A stretch of 64,000 nucleotides of DNA, from assembly GCF_036625275.1 (NCBI RefSeq), contig NZ_JAZKUD010000006.1:11716-75715 (forward strand), in the 5' to 3' direction. Positions 58,092-64,000 of this stretch are shown here, piece by piece. The notes under the pieces are model-generated. The model saw nothing but the letters and a program-made list of their open reading frames with translations. It was not told where the DNA came from and ran no database searches. The position numbers were made by a program, and so were the translations under genes. The stretch is from Accumulibacter sp. GTDB lineage: Bacteria > Pseudomonadota > Gammaproteobacteria > Burkholderiales > Rhodocyclaceae. Positions within the stretch are counted from its first letter, which is position 1. Each line of letters starts with the position of its first letter.

Positions 58092-60671
58092 ATGAACGTT
58101 GAAATGGAAAAAGAAAATGCGCCGCCGGTAGAGGCGGTCGGCGATCCGCTGGTGGGGCGTGAAGACCGGCGCATCGGACTCAGTGTGGACGCACTGAAAC
58201 GTGCCATGCTCGACAAACTGGTCTATGTGCAGGCGCGCTTTCCGCAGGTGGCGACGCGGCGTGACTGCTTCATGGCGCTCGCGCAGGCGGTACGCGACCG
58301 CCTGCTGCAACGCTGGGTACAAACTGCGCGCACCTATCGCGATCGGGGCAGCCGTACCGTCTGTTACCTGTCCGCCGAATTCCTGATCGGTCCGCAACTC
58401 GGCAACAACCTGATCAATCTCGGAATCTTCGACAAGGCCCGGCAGGCCACCCAGGAATTCGGACTCGATCTGGAGATGCTGCTCGACCAGGAAGAGGAGC
58501 CGGGGCTCGGCAACGGTGGTCTCGGACGCCTGGCGGCGTGTTACCTCGACTCGTTGGCAACTCTCGAAATTCCCGCTATCGGTTATGGCATTCTGTACGA
58601 GTTCGGTATCTTCACGCAGGCGATTCGCGATGGGCAGCAGATCGAGCTGACCGACAAGTGGTTACGTGCCGGGAGTCCGTGGCTGATCCACCGTCCGAGT
58701 ATTGCTTTCGACATCAAGCTCGGTGGTCATACCGAATTTCAGTTCGAGGCAAACGGCGAACGCCGCCTGCGCGTGCAATGGGTCCCGGCAAAGGTGGTGC
58801 GCGGGACCGCCTGGGACATGCCGGTGTTGGGTTACGGAGTGAACACCCCGAACCGGCTCCGGCTGTGGAGCGCCGAGGCGCCGGAAAGTTTCGATTTCGC
58901 GGCCTTCAATGCCGGTAACTACTATCAGGCAGTCGACGCCCAGATTCGCTCGGAGACCATCACCAAGGTGCTGTATCCGAACGATGAAACGGAAGCGGGC
59001 CAGGAACTCAGGCTCGAGCAGCAATACTTCTTCGTGGCTTGCTCACTGAAGGACATGATCCGCCTGCAACTGCAGCGCGAGAAGAACCTCGATCACTTCG
59101 ACGAGAAGTTTGTGGTCCAGCTCAACGATACGCATCCGTCGATCGCTGTGGCGGAACTGATGCGCTTGCTGGTCGATGAATACATGATGGAGTGGGACCC
59201 GGCCTGGGCGATTACCCGCAAGACCTTCGCCTACACCAACCACACGCTGCTGCCAGAGGCGCTCGAGAAATGGCGACTGGCCTTGTTCAAGCGCGTGCTG
59301 CCGCGGCATTTCGAGATCATTTGCGAGATCAACCTGCGGTTCCTCGACGAAGTGCGGATTCGCTATCCGGGCGACGACGCGCGGCTGAGAAGGATGTCGC
59401 TGATCGACGAGGATGGTGCGCACTACGTGCGCATGGCGAATCTGGCGGTCGTCGGCAGCTTCGCGGTGAATGGCGTGGCCAGGCTGCATTCTGAACTGCT
59501 CAAGTCGGATGTCCTGAAGGACTTCTACGAGCTGTGGCCGGAGAAGTTCAACAACAAGACCAACGGCGTCACCCCGCGCCGCTTTGTGGTCCTGGCGAAC
59601 CCGACGATGTCCGGGTTGATCGAGGAAACCATCGGTAGCGGCTGGGTGACCGATATGACACGGCTGCGCGAACTCGAACCGCATGCCAACGACCCCGCCT
59701 TTTGCGAATCCTGGCGGCGGATCAAGAACGGCAACAAGAACCGCTTGGTCGGCGAGATCAAACGTTTTGTCCATGTCGATGTCGATCCGGCGTCGATGTT
59801 CGACGTCCAGGTCAAGCGTTTTCATGAGTACAAGCGGCAGCACCTCAACATCCTGCATGTGGTTTCCCTGTACAAGCGCCTGAAGGACAATCCCGACCTC
59901 GTGACCGCGCCCCGCACCGTGATCTTCGGGGGCAAGGCGGCGCCAGGTTATTTCATGGCCAAGCTGATCATCCGGCTGATCAACGCCGTCGCCGACGTGA
60001 TCGGTCGCGATCCGGCGATGCACGGCAAGCTGCAGGTGGTTTTCTTTCCGAATTACAACGTCAAGAACGCCCAGTCGATCTTTCCCGCAGCCGATCTGTC
60101 CGAACAGATTTCACTGGCCGGCAAGGAAGCTTCCGGGACTGGCAACATGAAGTTCCAGATGAACGGTGCGCTGACCATCGGTACGCTCGACGGGGCCAAC
60201 GTCGAAATCCGCGAGGAAGTCGGCGACGACAACTTCTTCCTGTTCGGGATGAGCACGCCCGAGGTCATGGAACTCAGGAGGACGGGCTACCGACCCCGGG
60301 CCTACTACGATGCAAACCCGCATCTGCGTGAAGTGATCGACCTGATCGCCAGTGGCTTCTTCACCAAGGGAGACCGCGAGATCTTCCGGCCTCTCGTCGA
60401 TCATCTGCTCAACCACGATGAGTACATGGTCCTGGCCGACTTTCAGTCGTACATTGATTGTCAGGCCAGGGTCTCGGAGGCCTATCTCGATGTCGATCGC
60501 TGGACGCGGATGTCGATTCTCAACGTGGCACGTTCGGGTTTCTTTTCTTCCGACCGGGCGATCCGCGAATACTGCGACGAGATCTGGAAGGTGAAGCCGG
60601 TGCGTATCGAACTCAGTCACCTGTCGGGCGAGGACATACAGTTTACGCGTGCCCTTGCCGGAGCAGACTGA
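58092..60671 (+). CDS. glgP: Glycogen/alpha-glucan phosphorylase
   Basis: GLGNGGLGRLAAC, QLNDTHP, YTNHT..PEALE, KRFHEYKRQ and EASGTGNMK. Confidence 0.97.
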   Translation: MNVEMEKENAPPVEAVGDPLVGREDRRIGLSVDALKRAMLDKLVYVQARFPQVATRRDCFMALAQAVRDRLLQRWVQTARTYRDRGSRTVCYLSAEFLIGPQLGNNLINLGIFDKARQATQEFGLDLEMLLDQEEEPGLGNGGLGRLAACYLDSLATLEIPAIGYGILYEFGIFTQAIRDGQQIELTDKWLRAGSPWLIHRPSIAFDIKLGGHTEFQFEANGERRLRVQWVPAKVVRGTAWDMPVLGYGVNTPNRLRLWSAEAPESFDFAAFNAGNYYQAVDAQIRSETITKVLYPNDETEAGQELRLEQQYFFVACSLKDMIRLQLQREKNLDHFDEKFVVQLNDTHPSIAVAELMRLLVDEYMMEWDPAWAITRKTFAYTNHTLLPEALEKWRLALFKRVLPRHFEIICEINLRFLDEVRIRYPGDDARLRRMSLIDEDGAHYVRMANLAVVGSFAVNGVARLHSELLKSDVLKDFYELWPEKFNNKTNGVTPRRFVVLANPTMSGLIEETIGSGWVTDMTRLRELEPHANDPAFCESWRRIKNGNKNRLVGEIKRFVHVDVDPASMFDVQVKRFHEYKRQHLNILHVVSLYKRLKDNPDLVTAPRTVIFGGKAAPGYFMAKLIIRLINAVADVIGRDPAMHGKLQVVFFPNYNVKNAQSIFPAADLSEQISLAGKEASGTGNMKFQMNGALTIGTLDGANVEIREEVGDDNFFLFGMSTPEVMELRRTGYRPRAYYDANPHLREVIDLIASGFFTKGDREIFRPLVDHLLNHDEYMVLADFQSYIDCQARVSEAYLDVDRWTRMSILNVARSGFFSSDRAIREYCDEIWKVKPVRIELSHLSGEDIQFTRALAGAD

Positions 60672-60779
60672 GTGACCACGCCGGGGCCGGCCTGCCCCGG
60701 TCGCATGGCGCTTGCTGTGCAAGTCGTAAAGGTGGTGCCCGCCGCACTGGCTGACCGCCGGCAGATTGGCGACCGGCGG

Positions 60780-62741
60780 CTACCAGCGCCGGACCTTGAT
60801 GATGTGCGCCATCTTGGTGGTTGGAGCAAGTTCGACATAAGCCGTCGGACCATGCCAGCGATAGCGCTCGCCGGAGAGCAAGTCGTGCGCCTGGTATTGC
60901 TCGTCCTCGGGAATTCCGAAGGTGCCCAGTGGCACATGTAGGATCGAGTGGTGTGTGTGGAAGGGGTCGAGATTGACCACGCAGATGACAATGTCCGAAC
61001 GGTCTTCGGTCATTTTGGCATAGGCAAGGATATTGGGGTTGTCGGCGTTCAGGAAGAGCACATTGTTATAGGTCTGCAGGGCAGGGCATTCCTGGCGGAT
61101 CTGGTTGATTCGGGTGATGATGTCGACGATGTTGCCCGGGGCTTTCCAGTCGCGCATCTTGATTTCGTATTTCTCCGAATCGAGGTACTCTTCCTTGCCG
61201 GGAATCGCCTCGTTTTCGCACAGCTCGTAGCCGCTGTAGATGCCGTAGACGCTCGACAATGTTGCCGCTAGCACGGCGCGCATGATGAATGCCGGGCGAC
61301 CGCCGAACTGCAGGATCGGTGGCAGGATGTCGGGGGTATTGGCAAAAAAGTTGCCGGTAAAGTATTCCTTCATCTCGCCACAGGTCAGTTCGCTGACGTA
61401 CTCGGTCAGGTCATGCTTATGATCGCGCCAGGTAAAGTAGGTGTAGGACTGGGCGAAACCGACTTTCGCCAGCAAGCGCATCATCTTCGGTTTGGTGAAG
61501 GCTTCGGCCAGGAAGATGACTTGCGGGTGTTGCCGGTGCACTTCACCGATCACCCATTCCCAGAACGGCACCGGTTTGGTGTGCGGATTGTCGACCCGGA
61601 AGGTGGTGACGCCCTTGCCGATCCAGAACAGGAAAATCTTAAGCATTTCCTGCCACAGCCCGGCACGGTCGCTGGTCCCGAAATTGAGTGGGTAGACATC
61701 CTGATACTTCTTGGGCGGGTTTTCGGCGTACTTGATCGATCCATCGGGACGATGGAAAAACCAGTCCGGATGCTCGGCGACATAGGGATGGTCGGGTGAA
61801 CAGTTCATCACATAATCGAGCGCAATCTCGATTCCCAACTCACGGCAGGTGGCGACAAACTGGTCCCAGTCGTCCCAGGTACCGAGTTGTGGTTCCAGCG
61901 CCATGTGGCCGCCGTGTTTGTTGCCAATTGCCCAAGGACTGCCGACGTCGCCCGGTACAGCCACCAGACTGTTGTTTTTGCCCTTGCGAAAGCTATGGCC
62001 AATGGGGTGGATCGGCGGCAGATAGACAACGTCGAAACCCATCGCCTTGATGTCGTGCAGGCGACGAATGCTGTCCTGCAGCGTGCCATGCCGGTACGGC
62101 AGGTTGCCTTGCGAACGCGGGAAGAACTCGTACCAGGCAGCAAAACGGGCAATGGGCCGATTGACCATGATCGTCAAGGGCGGTGTCATTTGATGGCCCT
62201 CGCTGCGATCAGGGTAACTGGCCATCATGTTGCGCATGACCTTGCCGATGCCAAGGTCGATGGCGCCACGCTGTTCACCGGCTGCCAGCGCAGTTTCGAT
62301 GGCTGCAATGATGCCCAGCATGCGGCTGAGATCCTCGCCGTGTGCCACGGCAGCCGACTTCTTGAGGACCACCAGACCCTCCAGCAGTTCGCTCCGGAGG
62401 TCGGCACCGGGCACGCTTTTCTTGGTGATTTCGTCCACCCACGACAGATAGATCTCGGCGTAGGCCTCGATGGTGTACTCCCAACGACCGATCGCGGTGA
62501 CGGTAAACTCGCCGAACCAGCGGTCATTGTCACCCTGATTCATCGCGCTTTCCAGCCACTCAGTCTCCCCGGCCTGGCGTGCCTTGAGCACGGCCGCGAG
62601 CTTGAAGTGGCCCTCCTTGTAAATGTCGGCACTGACGGTGACTTTTTCACCGACGACACGCTTGATGGGGAAACGGCCGCCGTCCACTTGCGGCTCGACC
62701 GCTTCGATGACCACACGAGGGTATTCTTTGGGAATCATCAT
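60780..62741 (-). CDS. glgE: Alpha-1,4-glucan:maltose-1-phosphate maltosyltransferase
   Basis: VDGGRFP.KR, WYEFFPRS, YLPPIHPIG, YAENPPKKYQD, FRVDNPHTKP and LAEAFT. Confidence 0.96.
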   Translation of the reverse strand: MMIPKEYPRVVIEAVEPQVDGGRFPIKRVVGEKVTVSADIYKEGHFKLAAVLKARQAGETEWLESAMNQGDNDRWFGEFTVTAIGRWEYTIEAYAEIYLSWVDEITKKSVPGADLRSELLEGLVVLKKSAAVAHGEDLSRMLGIIAAIETALAAGEQRGAIDLGIGKVMRNMMASYPDRSEGHQMTPPLTIMVNRPIARFAAWYEFFPRSQGNLPYRHGTLQDSIRRLHDIKAMGFDVVYLPPIHPIGHSFRKGKNNSLVAVPGDVGSPWAIGNKHGGHMALEPQLGTWDDWDQFVATCRELGIEIALDYVMNCSPDHPYVAEHPDWFFHRPDGSIKYAENPPKKYQDVYPLNFGTSDRAGLWQEMLKIFLFWIGKGVTTFRVDNPHTKPVPFWEWVIGEVHRQHPQVIFLAEAFTKPKMMRLLAKVGFAQSYTYFTWRDHKHDLTEYVSELTCGEMKEYFTGNFFANTPDILPPILQFGGRPAFIMRAVLAATLSSVYGIYSGYELCENEAIPGKEEYLDSEKYEIKMRDWKAPGNIVDIITRINQIRQECPALQTYNNVLFLNADNPNILAYAKMTEDRSDIVICVVNLDPFHTHHSILHVPLGTFGIPEDEQYQAHDLLSGERYRWHGPTAYVELAPTTKMAHIIKVRRW

Positions 62742-62879
62742 CCTGCTCCTAAATCCTGAATCCTGAACCGGCGAGGCCGGAAGCGTTGGGTCTGTAGGGC
62801 GCCGGCCGGTGTGCGCCGGCAACGTGCAGACCGACGGTCGCGAGCCGGGCGTCGCCGTGGCTGTCGACAAACGCCGACA

Positions 62880-64000
62880 TCACTTCACCAGCGAATCGTA
62901 GAGTCGTTTCGTTTGTTGCGCGATGCTCGACCAGCTAAAGACTTCGCGCGCCCGCTGCTGACCTGCTGCGGCCATCGATGCGGCGAGTTCCGGGTTATCG
63001 AGAATCTTGTTGATTGCGGCCGCCAGATCGCGCGAAAAGACATCCGGGTTGACCGGCTCGAAAGGGGCGACATGCAGTTGCTCGAGCGGCACCAGGTAGC
63101 CGGTGACGCCATCGATGACGACCTCCTTGATGCCCCCGACGGCACTTGCCACGACCGCGGTACGGCAGGCCATGGCTTCAAGGTTGATGATCCCGAACGG
63201 CTCGTAGATCGACGGACAGCAGAACACCGTGGCATGCGAATAGAGCTGGATCGCTTCTTCCTTGCTCACCATTTCCTGTATCCAGACCACGTTCTGGAAA
63301 CCTTCCTGGCGAACACGCTTGACGGCAGCCTTCATTTCGGCCAGGACTTCGGGGGTGTCGGGGGCGCCGGCGCAGAGGACGACCTGCGCGTCGGGGTTGA
63401 TGTAATGAATGGCATTGACCAGGTGGACGATGCCTTTCTGACGCGTGATCCGGCCGACGAAGAGGACCATTGGCTTGTCGGGGTCGACGCCAAACTTTTC
63501 GAGGGCAGTTGTTTCGTCGGTCGGGTGGTACTGGTCGACATTGATGCCATTGTAGATCACCGTGATTTTCGCCGGGTCGATGTCGAAATGCTCGAGGATG
63601 TCGGCCTTGGTTCCCTGCGAGACGGCGATCACGGCGTCGGCCATGCTCAACGAAGTCCGTTCGACCCATGACGACATGTCATAGCCACAGCCGAGCTGCT
63701 CGCGTTTCCATGGGCGCAGCGGTTCCAGCGAATGCACTGTATGGACCAGCGGAATGCCATAGAGGGTTTTTGCCAGGATGCCGCCCAAATGGGCGTACCA
63801 GGTGTGTACATGCACCAGGTCGGCGTCGACCTGATCGCTCAGCGTCTGCAGGTTGGTCTCGAAAGTATCCAGTGCGCCGCTCAGTTTCTTGTCGACATGC
63901 GCGAAACTTCCCTTGCCGAAAGGGTAGCCCTTGATGCGCACGCCATCACTGCTGACCGCATCCTGGTCACCGAAGGAGCGGACTTCGACATGCATCAGCC
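62880..64000 (-). CDS. glgA: GlgM/actinobacterial-type GlgA glycosyltransferase (GT4), 5'-truncated by window edge
   Basis: H.HTWY, HSLEPLRPWKREQLG.GY..SSW.E, GRITRQKG, LCAGAPDTPE and CPSIYEPFGIINLEAMAC. Confidence 0.9.
   Translation of the reverse strand, partial: LMHVEVRSFGDQDAVSSDGVRIKGYPFGKGSFAHVDKKLSGALDTFETNLQTLSDQVDADLVHVHTWYAHLGGILAKTLYGIPLVHTVHSLEPLRPWKREQLGCGYDMSSWVERTSLSMADAVIAVSQGTKADILEHFDIDPAKITVIYNGINVDQYHPTDETTALEKFGVDPDKPMVLFVGRITRQKGIVHLVNAIHYINPDAQVVLCAGAPDTPEVLAEMKAAVKRVRQEGFQNVVWIQEMVSKEEAIQLYSHATVFCCPSIYEPFGIINLEAMACRTAVVASAVGGIKEVVIDGVTGYLVPLEQLHVAPFEPVNPDVFSRDLAAAINKILDNPELAASMAAAGQQRAREVFSWSSIAQQTKRLYDSLVK

Overview
GC-rich betaproteobacterial chromosome segment. Gene content and synteny resemble Rhodocyclaceae such as Ca. 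Accumulibacter (inference). 1-27 kb is mostly housekeeping: ptsI, metXW-ampG-SMUG1, yqjDEK, xth, pyrE, gatCAB, mreBCD-mrdA-rodA-rlpA, dacA-ybeD-lipBA and prpCD. 27-46 kb is an accessory surface/signalling block: an RTX-type M10 protease, a diguanylate cyclase, a two-gene SIR2-like/TIR + membrane-anchored STAND NTPase module, and a c-di-GMP-I riboswitch heading a pilE-fimT-pilVWX-pilY1 operon. A 7.8-kb capsid-less, phage-satellite-like element is integrated in tRNA-Ser(CGA). IS scars, serC-serA and glycogen genes (glgP, glgE, GlgM-type glgA) follow. The most striking observation is inside the ~2240-aa PilY1. It carries two separate tandem arrays, 25 x 7 aa and 25 x 29 aa (two Cys each), whose sequence variants co-vary in mirror order (unit i with unit 25-i). 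This suggests a self-zippering hairpin stalk (estimated ~60 nm) inserted into the pilus adhesin. All family assignments come from motif recognition by eye; no database searches were run.
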